A DNA stretch of 64,000 nt from Ranitomeya imitator (GCF_032444005.1 NC_091288.1:223820001-223884000); one strand, 5' to 3'. Positions 24,402 to 37,984 are shown, numbered from the stretch's first letter. Numbers and translations: made by a program. Notes: generated by a model not told the origin, from the letters alone.

Positions 24402-27334
24402 TGTTGTGAGTTCTGTTTTTGGGCTCCCTCTGGTGGTTACTGATGGTACTGGGTGATTTGTGTTCTGCTGTCTCTGGTGTCCACCTGTTCTATTAGGATT
24501 TGGGAGTTTCCTATTTAACCGGGCTTTCTTGTCATTTCCCCGCCGGCTATCAAGGTTATCAGAGTGTTTTGTTTCCTCAGCTTCTGGCTTCAGTAATCTT
24601 CAGGACAAGCTAAGTTTTTGATTTTCTTGTTCCACGTTTTGCTTTATTTTTGTCTTGTCCAGCTTGCATATAATTGTTTCTTTGCTGCTGGTTGCTCTAG
24701 TGGGCTGTAATTGCTCCTCATGTTCCATGAGTTGGAACATGAGTTCAAGTAATTACAGGATGGTTTTTTTGAAGGGTTTTTTGCTGACCGCGCAGTTTAC
24801 TTTTGTATCCTCTGCTATCTAGCTTTAGCGGGCCTCATTTTGCTGAATCTGTTTTCATACTGTGTATGTGCCTTCCTCTCATTTCACCGTCATTATATGT
24901 GGGGGGCTGCTATTTCTGTGGGGTATTTCTCTGGAGGCAAGAGAGGTCTGTGTTTCTTCTAATAGGGGAAGTTAGATCTTCGGCTGGTGCAAGACGTCTA
25001 GGACCAATGTAGGCACGTTCCCCGGCTATTGTTATTTGTGTGTTCAGGTTTAGGGTCGCGGTCAGCTCAGGTTCCATCACCCTAGAGCTCGTTGGTGCTT
25101 GTCCTTTTGTGATTCCCTGCCATTGGAATCATGACAGTATAGCCGGCCAAAATGTTTGGGCTGAAGTAGGAGGAAAAGTAGTCTGAGGAAGTTTTTTTTT
25201 TTTTTTCTCTCCTCTGAGGTTGCTGCCTAGCCTTAATTGCAGCCTGGCTGATTTTTTTTTTTTTTTTTTTCCTCCTCTTAATCCTTGAATGGCTCTGACC
25301 TTAGCTGTTTATCATGGACGTCCAGAGTTTAGCTTCCAGCTTGAATAATCTTGCTGCTAAGGTTCAAAATATACAAGATTTTGTTGTACATGCTCCTATG
25401 TCTGAACCTAGAATTCCTATTCCAGAGTTCTTTGCTGGAGATAGATCTAGTTTTCTGAATTTTAGGAACAATTGCAAGCTGTTCCTTTCTTTGAAATCTC
25501 GCTCTTCTGGAGACCCTGCTCAGCAGGTTAAGATTATTATATCTTTCCTGCGGGGTGACCCTCAAAATTGGGCATTTGCATTGGCACCAGGGGATCCTGC
25601 GTTGCTTAATGTGGATGCGTTTTTTCTGGCATTGGGTTTGCTCTATGAGGAACCTAACCAGGAGATTCAGGCTGAAAAAGCTTTATTGGCTCTCTCTCAG
25701 GGGCAAGATGAAGCAGAAATATATTGTCAAAAATTTCGGAAATGGTCAGTGCTTACTCAGTGGAATGAGTGCGCCCTGGCTGCAAAGTTCAGAGATGGCC
25801 TTTCTGAGGCCATTAAAGATGTTATGGTGGGGTTCCCTGCGCCTACGGGTCTGAATGAGTCTATGACTATGGCTATTCAGATTGATCGGCGTTTACGGGA
25901 GCGCAAACCTGTGCACCATTTGGCGGTGTCTTCTGAACAGGCACTTGAGACAATGCAATGTGATAGAGTTCAGTCTAGAAGTGAACGGCAAAACTATAGG
26001 CGGAAAAATGGGTTGTGCTTTTATTGTGGTGATTCAGCTCATGTTATATCAGCATGCTCTAAACGCACAAAAAAGGTTGATAAGTCTGTTGCCATTAGTA
26101 CGTTACAGTCTAAGTTCATTCTGTCTGTGACTCTGATTTGCTCATTATCATCCATTTCCGTCGATGCCTATGTGGATTCAGGCGCTGCCCTGAGTCTTAT
26201 GGATTGGTCATTTGCCAAGCGATGTGGGTTTAGTCTTGAGCCTCTGGAAGTCCCTATTCCTTTGAAGGGAATTGACTCTACACCTTTAGCTATGAATAAA
26301 CCTCAGTACTGGACACAAGTGACCATGCGTATGACTCCCGTTCATCAGGAGGTGATTCGCTTCCTGGTACTGTATAATTTGCATGATGTTCTAGTACTTG
26401 GTCTGCCATGGTTACAAACTCATAATCCAGTCCTTGACTGGAAAACAATGTCTGTGTTAAGCTGGGGATGTCAGGGGGTTCATGATGATGCACCTCCGAT
26501 TTCTATCGCTTCATCTACTCCTTCTGAGGTTCCTGTATTTTTGTTTGATTATCGGGATGTTTTTGAGGAGCCTAAGCTCAGTTCGCTTCCTCCTCACAGG
26601 AATTGCGATTGTGCTATAGATTTAATTCCTGGTAGTAAATTTCCTAAAGGTCGTTTGTTCAATCTGTCAGTGCCAGAGCATACTGCTATGCGGGATTATG
26701 TTAGGGAGTCCTTGGAAAAGGGACATATCCGTCCATCTTCGTCCCCTTTGGGAGCAGGTTCTTTTTTCGTGGCCAAAAAAGATGGGTCCTTGAGGCCTTG
26801 TATAGATTATCGTCTTTTGAATAAGATTACCGTAAAATATCAGTATCCTTTGCCTTTGTTGACTGATTTGTTTGCTCGCATTAAGGGGGCTAAATGGTTC
26901 ACTAAGATTGATCTTCGGGGTGCGTATAATCTTATACGAATAAAGCAAGGTGATGAGTGGAAAACCGCATTTAATACGCCTGAGGGCCATTTTGAGTATT
27001 TGGTGATGCCTTTTGGACTTTCTAATGCTCCTTCAGTCTTCCAGTCCTTTGTGCACGATATTTTCCGTGAATATCTGGATAAATTTATGATTGTGTATTT
27101 GGATGATATTTTGTTTTTTTCTGATGACTGGGAGTCTCATGTTCAGCAGGTCAGGAAGGTGTTTCAGGTCCTGCGGGCCAATTCCTTGTTTGTAAAGGGC
27201 TCAAAGTGTCTCTTTGGAGTCCGGAAAGAAATATATCTTGGTACCGTGTTAGCCAGTGGATAGAAAAATATTTAGAATTGAGAGTCCTCAGTGGTTGATA
27301 CCTTTTAATGGCTAACTGAAAAGATGGTAACAAA

Positions 27335-27375
27335 TTGCAAGCTTTCGAGACTACACAGGTCTCTTCATCAGGCAA
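27335..27375 (-). ncRNA. Minimal type I hammerhead ribozyme (Penelope)
   Basis: Reverse complement reads ttgc CUGAUGA A gagac-cuguguga loop region-gucuc GAAA GCU U gcaa: core, 5-bp stem II, palindromic AAGCUU stem III, 4-bp stem I. Identical to 29095-29135. Confidence 0.85.
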
Positions 27376-29094
27376 AGACTAAAACAAATTCTGAAGAATC
27401 ACATATTTATGCACAACATAGTATAGGAAAAAAAAAAAAAAGGGGAAAAAAAAAACCATGGATAAGCCAGGTGACATGAAGCAGAATTACCATGGGTGAT
27501 AAACAGTTACGTCCATAAATATTGGGCCAATTCTTAGATAAGGATTGTTTTATTGTCCTGTGATTAGGGTCTCTGTTGTAATGACCCTTCATGGTCTGAG
27601 GGGCAAGTTCCTTAGTTGATGTAAAAAGACATAAATCCATGCGACACATTCATTCCTGCATTAAGAGTGTCAAAGGTCATCATCAGTTTATATTCCCAGA
27701 CTCTCCTGTCTTTCTGCGATTTGAAGTTTCCTTTCAATACAAGTAATTTCATGTCCATAATGTTATGATTTGGGAGACAGAAATGTATTGCCACCGGTAG
27801 ATCCATTCTTTTTTCTCTTTTGTATGGCGATGGGAGTTCATTCTTGTTCTAAGCTTCTGCCCTGTCTCCCCCACATACAAACCCCCAGTTGGACATTTAG
27901 TACATATAATTAGGTTCACCACATTAGAAGTGACGCAGCTGAAAGTACCTGGGATCTTGTAGTCCTGATGTGACTTGGGATCTTTATCTTGTCCGTGGTC
28001 ATTATAAATGGACAGGTTTTACATTTTTTCTGGTTGCAAGGAAAGGTTCCTGCAGCTGTTGGAGAGGACAGGGAGCTCTTGACAATGATGCTTCTTAGAT
28101 TTGGGGGCTGCCTAAAACACAGTAGTGGTGGGGGGTCTGGAAAAATGGATTGTAATCGGGCATCTTTTTGCAGTAAAGGTTGTAATTTCCGTGCAGCTCC
28201 CCTTAGCACCTCCAGATTTGGATTGTAGGTGACCACTAGAGGTACCCGGTTATTTTCTTCTTTAGTTTTGTAATGTAGCAGGTGATTCCTTGATATTCTG
28301 GTGGCTCTTGTGATCTGATTTTCAATTGTTCTTGGATGGTAGCCCTGATTCAAAAAGATCTTTCTGAGGCGACCAAGGTGCTCATCCCTATCCATGGAGT
28401 TGGAACATATACGATTGTATCTGATGGCTTGGCTGTAGACAATAGAGTTTTTTATGTGTTTTGGATGGAAACTGTCCCATTTAAGGTATGTTGGGCGGTC
28501 GATTGGCTTCTGATACAGGGATGTCTCTATTTCATTTTTCTGCAGCCTAATGATGGTGTCCAAAAAGTTAATTTCAGTGCAGGAGTAGTTGAGTGTCAAG
28601 TTGATGGTAGGATGAAATTGATTAAACTGTTCATGGAACGTCCCATCGCCATACAATAAGAGAAAAAAGAATGGATCTACCGGTGGCAATACATTTCTGT
28701 CTCCCAAATCATAACATTATGGACATGAAATTACTTGTATTGAAAGGAAACTTCAAATCGCAGAAAGACAGGAGAGTCTGGGAATATAAACTGATGATGA
28801 CCTTTGACACTCTTAATGCAGGAATGAATGTGTCACATGGATTTATGTCTTTTTACATCAACTAAGGAACTTGCCCCTCAGACCATGAAGGGTCATTACA
28901 ACAGAGACCCTAATCACAGGACAATAAAACAATCCTTATCTAAGAATTGGCCCAATATTTATGGACGTAACTGTTTATCACTCATGGTAATTCTGCTTCA
29001 TGTCACCTGGCTTATCCATGGTTTTTTTTTTTTTTTTTTTTTCCTATACTATGTTGTGCATAAATATGTGATTCTTCAGAATTTGTTTTAGTCT

Positions 29095-29135
29095 TTGCCT
29101 GATGAAGAGACCTGTGTAGTCTCGAAAGCTTGCAA
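29095..29135 (+). ncRNA. Minimal type I hammerhead ribozyme (Penelope), second copy
   Basis: ttgcCTGATGAAgagacctgtgtagtctcGAAAGCTTgcaa; predicted cleavage after 29131. Confidence 0.85.
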
Positions 29136-32104
29136 TTTGTTACCATCTTTTCAGTTAGCCATTAAAAGGTATCAACCACTGAGGACTCTCAATTCTAAAT
29201 ATTTTTCTTTGGAGTCCAGAAGATTTCTTTCTTGGGGTATATTTTTTCCCCTTCTACTATTGAGATGGATCCCGTCAAGGTTCAGGCTATTTGTGACTGG
29301 ACGCAGCCTACATCTCTTAAGAGTCTGCAGAAGTTCTTGGGCTTTGCTAATTTCTATCGTCGTTTTATAACTAATTTTTCTAGTGTTGTTAAGCCTTTGA
29401 CGGATTTGACTAAGAAGGGTGCTGATGTTGCTGATTGGTCTCCTGCGGCTGTGGAGGCCTTTCAGGAACTTAAGCGCCGGTTTTCTTCTGCTCCTGTGTT
29501 GCGTCAGCCAGATACGTCGCTTCCTTTTCAGGTTGAGGTTGATGCTTCCGAGATTGGAGCGGGGGCGGTTTTGTCACAGAGAAGCTCCGATTGCTCGGTG
29601 ATGAAGCCATGTGCGTTCTTTTCTAAGAAGTTTTCGCACGCTGAGCGGAATTATGATGTGGGTAATCGGGAACTTTTGGCCATGAAGTGGGCATTTGAGG
29701 AGTGGCGTCATTGGCTAGAGGGTGCTAGACATCGTGTGGTGGTCTTGACTGATCACAAAAATCTGATTTACCTTGAGTCTGCCAGGCGTCTGAATCCTAG
29801 ACAGGCTCGTTGGTCACTGTTTTTCTCTCGTTTCAATTTTGTGGTTTCGTACCTGCCAGGTTCAAAGAATGTGAAGGCGGATGCTCTTTCTAGGAGTTTT
29901 GTGCCTGACTCCCCTGGAAATTCTGAGCCCACTGGTATCCTTAGGGATGGGGTGATTTTGTCGGCCGTCTTCCCAGACTTGCGACGTGCTTTGCAGGAGT
30001 TTCAGGCGGGTAAACCTGATCGTTGTCCGCCTGAGAGACTGTTTGTTCCGGATAGTTGGACCAGTAGAGTCATCTCCGAGGTCCATTCTTCTGCGTTGGC
30101 AGGTCATCCTGGAATATTTGGTACTAGAGACTTGGTGGCCAGGTCTTTTTGGTGGCCTTCCTTGACGAGGGATGTGCGTTCTTTTGTGCAGTCTTGTGAG
30201 GTTTGTGCTCGGGCTAAGCCTTGCTGTTCTCGAGCCAGTGGATTGTTGTCACCTTTGCCTATCCCGAAGAGGGCTTGGACGCACATTTCCATGGACTTTA
30301 TTTCGGATCTCCCTGTCTCTCAAAAAATGTCTGTCATCTGGGTTGTGTGTGACCGCTTTTCTAAAATGGTTCATCTTGTACCCTTGCCTAAGTTGCCTTC
30401 CTCCTCTGAGTTGGTCCCTCTGTTTTTCCAGAATGTGGTGCGTTTGCATGGGATTCCGGAGAACATCGTTTCTGACAGGGGATCCCAGTTTGTGTCTAGA
30501 TTTTGGCGGACGTTCTGTGCTAAGATGGGCATTGATTTGTCCTTTTCGTCTGCATTCCACCCTCAGACGAATGGCCAGACGGAGCGAACTAATCAGACCT
30601 TGGAAACTTATTTGAGGTGTTTTGTTTCTGCTGATCAGGATGACTGGGTTACCTTTTTGCCGCTTGACGAATTTGCCCTTAATAATCGGGCTAGTTCTGC
30701 TACCTTGGTTTCTCCTTTCTTTTGTAATTCGGGGTTTCATCCTCGTTTTTCCTCTGGTCAGGTGGAGCCTTCTGATTGTCCTGGAGTGGACATGGTGGTG
30801 GATAGGTTGCATCAGATTTGGAGTCATGTGGTGGACAATTTGAAGTTGTCCCAGGAGAGGGCTCAGCAGTTTGCTAATCGCCGTCGCCGCGTGGGTCCTC
30901 GACTTCGTGTTGGGGACTTGGTGTGGTTGTCTTCTCGTTTTGTTCCTATGAAGGTCTCTTCTCCTAAGTTCAAGCCTCGGTTCATCGGTCCTTATAGGAT
31001 CTTGGAAATTCTTAACCCTGTGTCGTTTCGTTTGGATCTCCCGGCATCGTTTGCTATTCATAATGTGTTCCATCGGTCGTTGTTGCGGAGGTATGAGGTA
31101 CCTGTTGTTCCTTCGCTTGAGCCTCCTGCTCCGGTGCTGGTGGAGGGAGAATTGGAGTATGTTGTGGAGAAGATCTTGGATTCTCATGTTTCCAGACGGA
31201 AACTCCAATATTTGGTCAAGTGGAAGGGTTATGGTCAGGAGGATAATTCTTGGGTGGTTGCCTCTGATGTTCATGCTGATGATTTGGTCCGCTCTTTTCA
31301 TAGGGCTCATCCTGGTCGCCCTGGTGGTTCTCGTGAGGGTTCGGTGACCCCTCCTCAAGGGGTAGGTACTGTTGTGAGTTCTGTTTTTGGGCTCCCTCTG
31401 GTGGTTACTGATGGTACTGCGTGATTTGTGTTCTGCTGTCTCTGGTGTCCACCTGTTCTATTAGCATTTGGGAGTTTCCTATTTAACCGGGCTTTCTTGT
31501 CATTTCCCCGCCTGCTATCAAGGTTATCAGAGTGTTTTGTTTCCTCAGCTTCTGGCTTCAGTAATCTTCAGGACAAGCTAAGTTTTTGATTTTCTTGTTC
31601 CACGTTTTGCTTTATTTTTGTCTTGTCCAGCTTGCATATAATTGTTTCTTTGCTGCTGGTTGCTCTAGTGGGCTGTAATTGCTCCTCATGTTCCATGAGT
31701 TGGAACATGAGTTCAAGTAATTACAGGATGGTTTTTTTGAAGGGTTTTTTGCTGACCGCGCAGTTTACTTTTGTATCCTCTGCTATCTAGCTTTAGCGGG
31801 CCTCATTTTGCTGAATCTGTTTTCATACTGTGTATGTGCCTTCCTCTCATTTCACCGTCATTATATGTGGGGGGCTGCTATTTCTGTGGGGTATTTCTCT
31901 GGAGGCAAGAGAGGTCTGTGTTTCTTCTAATAGGGGAAGTTAGATCTTCGGCTGGTGCGAGACGTCTAGGACCAACGTAGGCACGTTCCCCGGCTATTGT
32001 TATTTGTGTGTTCAGGTTTAGGGTCGCGGTCAGCTCAGGTTCCATCACCCTAGAGCTCGTTGGTGCTTGTCCTTTTGTGATTCCCTGCCATTGGAACCAT
32101 GACA

Positions 32105-35100
32105 GCTGACTCCAGCATGTCCGGCAGGGGGCAGGAACATCTGCTGCCATGTATGCCTCCTAGGCTGACTCCAGCATGTCCGGCAGGGGGCAGGAACATC
32201 TGCTGCCATGTACGCCTCCTAGGCTGGCTCCAGCATGTCCGGCAGGGGGCAGGAACATCTGCTGCCATGCATGCCTCCTAGGCTGGCTCCAGCATGTCCG
32301 GCAGGGGGCAGCAACATCTGCTGCCATGTATGCCTCCTAGGCTGACTCCAGCATGTCCGGCAGGGGGCAGGAACATCTGCTGCCATGTATGCCTCCTAGG
32401 CTGACTCCAGCATGTCCGGCAGGGGACAGAAACCTCTGCTGCCATGCATGCCTCCTAGGCTGACTCCAGCATGTCCGGCAGGGGACAGGAACCTCTGCTG
32501 CCATGCATGCCTCCTAGGCTGACTCCAGCATGTCCGGCAGGGGACAGGAACCTCTGCTGCCATGCATGCCTCCTAGGCTGACTCCAGCATGTCCGGCAGG
32601 GGGCAGGAACCTCTCCTGCCATGTATGCCTCCTAGGCCGACTCCAGCATGTCCGGCAGGGGGCAGGAACATCTGCTGCCATGCATGCCTCCTAGGCTGAC
32701 TCCAGCATGTCCGGCAGGGGGCAGGAACATCTGCTGCCATGCATGCCTCCTAGGCTGGCTCCAGCATGTCCGGCAGGGGGCAGGAACATCTGCTGCCATG
32801 CATGCCTCCTAGGCTGGCTCCAGCATGTCCGGCAGGGGGCAGAAACATCTGCTGCAATGCATGCCTCCTACGCTGGCTCCAGCATGTCCGGCAGGGGGCA
32901 GCAACATCTGCTGCCATGTATGCCTCCTAGGCTGACTCCAGCATGTCCGGCAGGGGGCAGGAACATCTGCTGCCATGTATGCCTCCTTGGCTGACTCCAG
33001 CATGTCCGGCAGGGGACAGGAACCTCTGCTGCCATGCATGCCTCCTAGGCTGACTCCAGCATGTCCGGCAGGGGACAGGAACCTCTGCTGCCATGCATGA
33101 CTCCTAGGCTGACTCCAGCATGTCCAGCAGGGGACAGGAACCTCTGCTGCCATGCATGCCTCCTAGGCTGACTCCAGCATGTCCGGCAGGGGGCAGGAAC
33201 CTCTCCTGCCATGTATGCCTCCTAGGCTGACTCCAGTATGTCCGGCAGGGGACAGGAACCTCTGCTGCCATGCATGCCTCCTAGGCTGACTCCAGCATGT
33301 CCGGCAGGGGACAAGAAACTCTGCTGCCATGTATGCCTCCTAGGCTGACTCCAGTATGTCCGGCAGGGGACAGGAACCTCTGCTGCCATGCATGCCTCCT
33401 AGGCTGACTCCAGCATGTCCGGCAGGGGACAGGAACCTCTGCTGCCATGTATGCCTCCTAGGCTGACTCCAGCATGTCTGGCAGGGGGTAGGAACCTCTG
33501 CTGCCATGTATGCCTCCTAGGCTGACACCAGCATGTCCGGCAGGGGACAGGAACCTCTGCTGCCATGTATGCCTCCTAGGCTGACTCCAACATGTCCGGC
33601 AGGGGGCCGGAACCTCTGCTGCCATGTATGCCTCCTAGGCTGACTCCAGCATGTCCGGCAGGGGGCAGGAATCTCTGCTGCCATGTATGCCTCCTAGGCT
33701 GACTTCAGCATGTCTGGCAGGGGACAGGAATCTCTGCTGCCATGCATGCCTCCTAGGCTGACTCCAGCATGTCCGGCAGGGGACAGGAACCTCTGCTGCC
33801 ATGTATGCCTCCTAGGCTGTCTCCAGTATGTCCGGCAGGGAACAGGAACCTCTGCTGCCATGCATGCCTTCTAGGCTGACTCCAGCATGTCCGGCAGGGG
33901 ACAGGAACCTCTGCTGCCATGCATGCCTCCTAGGCTGACTCCAGCATGTCCGGCAGGGGACAGTAACCTCTGCTGCCATGCATGCCTCCTAGGCTGACTC
34001 CAGCATGTCCGGCAGGGGACAGGAACCTCTGCTGCCATGTATGCCTTTTAGGCAGACTCCAGCATGTCTGGCAGGGGGCAGGAATCTCTGCTGCCATGTA
34101 TGCCTCCTAGGCTGACTCCAGCATGTCTGGCAGGGAACAGGAACCTCTGCTGCCATGCATGCCTTCTAGTCTGACTCCAGCATGTCCGGCAGGGGACAGG
34201 AACCTCTGCTGCCATGTATGCCTCCTAGGCTGTCTCCAGTATGTCCGGCAGGGAACAGGAACCTCTGCTGCCATGCATGCCTTCTAGGCTGACTCCAGCA
34301 TGTCCGGCAGGGGACAGGAACCTCTGCTGCCATGCATGCCTCCTAGGCTGACTCCAGCATGTCCGGCAGGGGACAGTAACCTCTGCTGCCATGCATGCCT
34401 CCTAGGCTGACTCCAGCATGTCCGGCAGGGGACAGGAACCTCTGCTGCCATGTATGCCTTTTAGGCAGACTCCAGCATGTCTGGCAGGGGGCAGGAATCT
34501 CTGCTGCCATGTATGCCTCCTAGGCTGACTCCAGCATGTCTGGCAGGGAACAGGAACCCCTGCTGCCATGCATGCCTCCAAGGCTGACTCCGGCAAGTCC
34601 GGCAGGGGACAGGAACCTCTTCTGCCATGTATGCCTCCTAGGCTGACTCCAGCATGTCCGGCAGGGGACAGGAACCTCTGCTGCCATGTATGCCTCCTAG
34701 GCTGAATCCAGCATGTCAGGCAGGGGGCAGGAACCTCTGCTGCCATGCATGCCTCCTAGGCTGACTCCGGTATGTCCGGCAGGGGTCAGGAACCTCTGCT
34801 GCCATGCATGCCTCCAAGGCTGACTCCGGCAAGTCTGGCAGGGGGCAGGAATATCTGCTGCCATGCATGCCTCCTAGGCTGACTCCAGCATGTCCGGCAG
34901 GGGACAGGAACCTCTGCTGCCATGTATGCTTCCTAGGCTGACTCCAGCATGTCCAACAGGGGGCAGGAATCTCTACTGCTATGCATGCCTCCTAGGCTGA
35001 CTCCAGCATGTCCGGCAGGGGGCAGGAACCTCTGCTGCCATGTATGCCTCCTAGGCTGACTCCAGCATGTCGGACAGGGCGCAGGAATCTCTGCTGCCAT

Positions 35101-37666
35101 GTATGCCTCCTAGGCTGACTCCAGCATGTCCAACAGGGGGCAGGAATCTCTACTGCTATGCATGCCTCCTAGGCTGACTCCGGCATGTTCGAAAGGGGGC
35201 AGGAATCTCTGCTGCCATGTATGCCTCCTAGGCTGACTCCGGCATGTCCGGCAGGGGGCAGGAACCTCTGCTGCCATGTATGCCTCCTAGGCTGACTGCG
35301 GCATGTTCGACAGGGGGCAGGAACCTCTGCTGCCATGTATGCCTCCTAGGCTGACTGCAGCATGTTCGACAAGGGGCAGGAATCTCTGCTGCCATGTATG
35401 CCTCCTAGGCTGACTCCAGCATGTCCGGCAGGGGACAGGAACCTCTGCTGCCATGTATGCCTCCTAGGCTGACTCCAGCATGTCCGGCAGGGGACAGGAA
35501 TCTCTGCTGCCATGCATGCCTCCTAGGCCGACTCCAGCATGTCCAACAGGGTGCAGGAATCTCTGCTGCCATGCATGCCTCCTAGGCTTACTCCGGCATG
35601 TCCAACAGGGTGCAGCAGTCTCTGCTGCCATGCATGCCTCCTAGGCTGACTCCAGTATGTCCGGCAGGGGACAGGAACCTCTGCTGCCATGCATGCCTCG
35701 TAGGCTGACTTCAGCATGTCCAGCAGGGGACAGGAACCTCTGCTGCCATGCATGCCTCCTAGGCTGACTCCAGCATGTCCAGCAGGGGGCAGTAATCTCT
35801 GCTGCCATGCATACCTCCTAGGCTGACTCCAGCATGTCCGGCAGGGTGCAGGAATCTCTGCTGCCATGCATGCTTCCTAGGCTGACTCCAACATGTCCGG
35901 CAGGGGGCAGGAACCTCTGCTGCCATGTATGCCTCCTAGGCTGACTCCAGCATGTCCGGCAGGGGGCAGGAACCTCTGCTGCCATGCATGCTTCCTAGGC
36001 TGACTCCAGCATGTCCGGCAGGGGGCAGGAATCTCTGCTGCCAAGCATTCCTCCTAGGCTGACTCCAACATGTCCGGCAGGGGGCAGGAACCTCTGCTGC
36101 CATATATGCCTCCTAGGCTGACTCCAGCATGTCCAGCAGGGGGCAGGAATCTCTGCTGCCATGCATGCCTCCTAGGCTGACTCCAGCATGTCTGGCAGGG
36201 GACAGGAATCTCTGCTGCCATGCATGCCTCCTAGGCTGACTCCAGCATGTCCGGCACGGGACAGGAACCTCTGCTGCCATGCATGCCTCCTAGGCTGACT
36301 CCAGCATGTCCGGCATGGGACAGGAACCTCTGCTGCCATGCATGCCTCCTAGGCTGACTCCAGCATATCCGGCAGGGGACAGGAACCTCTGCTGCCATGT
36401 ATGCCTCCTAGGCTGTCTCCAGTATGTCCGGCAGGGAACAGGAACCTCTGCTGCCATGCATGCCTTCTAGGCTGACTCCAGCATGTCCGGCAGGGGACAG
36501 GAACCTCTGCTGCCATGTATGCCTCCTAGGCTGACTCCAGCATGTCCGGCAGGGGACAGAAACCTCTGCTGCCATGTATGCCTCCTAGGCTGAATCCAGC
36601 ATGTCCAACAGGGGGCAGGAATCTCTACTGCTATGCATGCCTCCTAGGCTGACTCCAGCATGTCCGGCAGGGGGCAGGAACCTCTGCTGCCATGTATGCC
36701 TCCTAGGCTGACTTCAGCATGTCTGGCAGGGGACAGGAATCTCTGCTGCCATGCATGCCTCCTAGGCTGACTCCAGCATGTCCAACAGGGGGCAGGAATC
36801 TCTACTGCTATGCATGCCCTCTAGGCTGACTCCAGCATGTCCGGCAGGGGGCAGGAATCTCTGCTGCCATGTATGCCTCCTAGGCTGAATCCAGCATGTC
36901 CAACAGGGGGCAGGAATCTCTACTGCTATGCATGCCCTCTAGGCTGACTCCAGCATGTCCGGCAGGGGGCAGGAACCTCTGCTGCCATGCATGCCTCCTA
37001 GGCTGACTCCAGCATGTCCGGCAGGGGACAGGAACCTCTGCTGCCATGTATGCCTCCTAGGCTGACTCCAGCATGTCCAACAGGGTGCGGGAATCTCTGC
37101 TGCCATGTATTCCTCCTAGGCTGACTCCAGCATGTCCGGCAGGGTGCAGGAATCTCTGCTGCCATGTATGCCTCCTAGGCTGACTCCAGCATGTCCAACA
37201 GGGTGCGGGAATCTCTGCTGCCTTGCATGCTTCCTAGGCTGACTCCAGCATGTCCAACAGGGTGCGGGAATCTCTGCTGCCATGCATGCTTCCTAGGCTG
37301 ACTCCAGCATGTCCGGCAGGGGACAGGAACCTCTGCTGCCATGTATGCCTCCTAGGCTGACTCCAGCATGTCCAACAGGGTGCGGGAATCTCTGCTGCCA
37401 TGTATGCCTCCTAGGCTGACTCCAGCATGTCCAACAGTGTGCGGGAATCTCTGCTGCCTTGCATGCTTCCTAGGCTGACTCCAGCATGTCCAACAGGGTG
37501 CGGGAATCTCTGCTGCCATGCATGCTTCCTAGGCTGACTCCAGCATGTCCGGCAGGGGACAGGAACCTCTGCTGCCATGTATGCCTCCTAGGCTGACTCC
37601 AGCATGTCCAACAGGGTGCGGGAATCTCTGCTGCCATGCATGCTTCCTAGGCTGACTCCAGCATGT
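32105..37666. repeat. 59-bp satellite, right part, about 94 copies
   Basis: Resumes in register after the Gypsy-2 3' LTR; regional variant blocks. Confidence 0.98.
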
Positions 37667-37984
37667 ACCAGGAGCTCAGTCTACTGCATAGACTTCAGAG
37701 TTCTCCACGTTTTCTAGTGTTTTGCCCTGTATAGGACATCTACTCTGGGCATGTCTGTACTAGCTTCAGTCCTACACATGGTTTATTATCATCATTTTAA
37801 TAAATGAGATATTGGGCGATATGAATGGTTGTAGTGTTATGTCATGAAGTCATGATGACTTATCTGCACTTGGTAGAGGCGCACGATCCATCCTTAACCC
37901 ATAGCCCATCCATTGTGAGTCTCACCCTGCAGTACTGGACCGGTGAGGAACGTTATTTTATAGTGTGTATGTTTTCAGGCGCGC

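Larger units (their letters stand above)
27223..29205. mobile_element. Penelope-like retroelement (RT thumb + GIY-YIG), 5'-truncated with an inverted 3' arm
   Basis: Minus strand 28640 to 27223 encodes NFLD..TSLYQKP..YL.WDSFHP, CNQKKCKTC and SNVVNLIICTKC..LYVGETG (GIY-YIG), then the 3' region. 28641-29205 is an inverted copy of the last 0.57 kb. Target duplication tctttggagtcc at 27211-27222 and 29206-29217. Confidence 0.93.
25314..31369 (+). pseudogene. Gypsy-2 gag-pol split at the RT/RNase H region by the Penelope insertion
   Basis: ORF 25314-27222 (Gag with intact CFYCGDSAHVISAC, YVDSGA, YLDDIL) and ORF 29232 onward (RNase H, integrase, chromodomain) rejoin when 27223-29205 is removed. 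Confidence 0.95.
24402..32104 (+). mobile_element. Ty3/Gypsy chromovirus LTR retrotransposon (Gypsy-2), a different subfamily, interrupted by a Penelope element
   Basis: LTRs at 24402-25136 and 31370-32104 (735 bp each, about 6 differences by eye); flanking direct repeat gctgac; PPT aaggggtaggtac. Confidence 0.98.

Noticed and set aside
30249-31358. 369-aa antisense ORF in Gypsy-2, and other antisense ORFs over pol
   Set aside because: Shadow ORFs opposite a T/G-rich coding strand; no motifs, and not kept intact in Gypsy-1.
32099-35867. Repetitive ORFs (MAADVPAPCRTCWSQP...) with CxxC motifs
   Set aside because: Read-through of the 59-bp satellite; no splice or codon evidence.
10044-37666. 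CRISPR-like appearance of the 25-bp and 59-bp regular repeats
   Set aside because: Units are directly adjacent with no unique spacers, there are no cas genes, and the context is eukaryotic.
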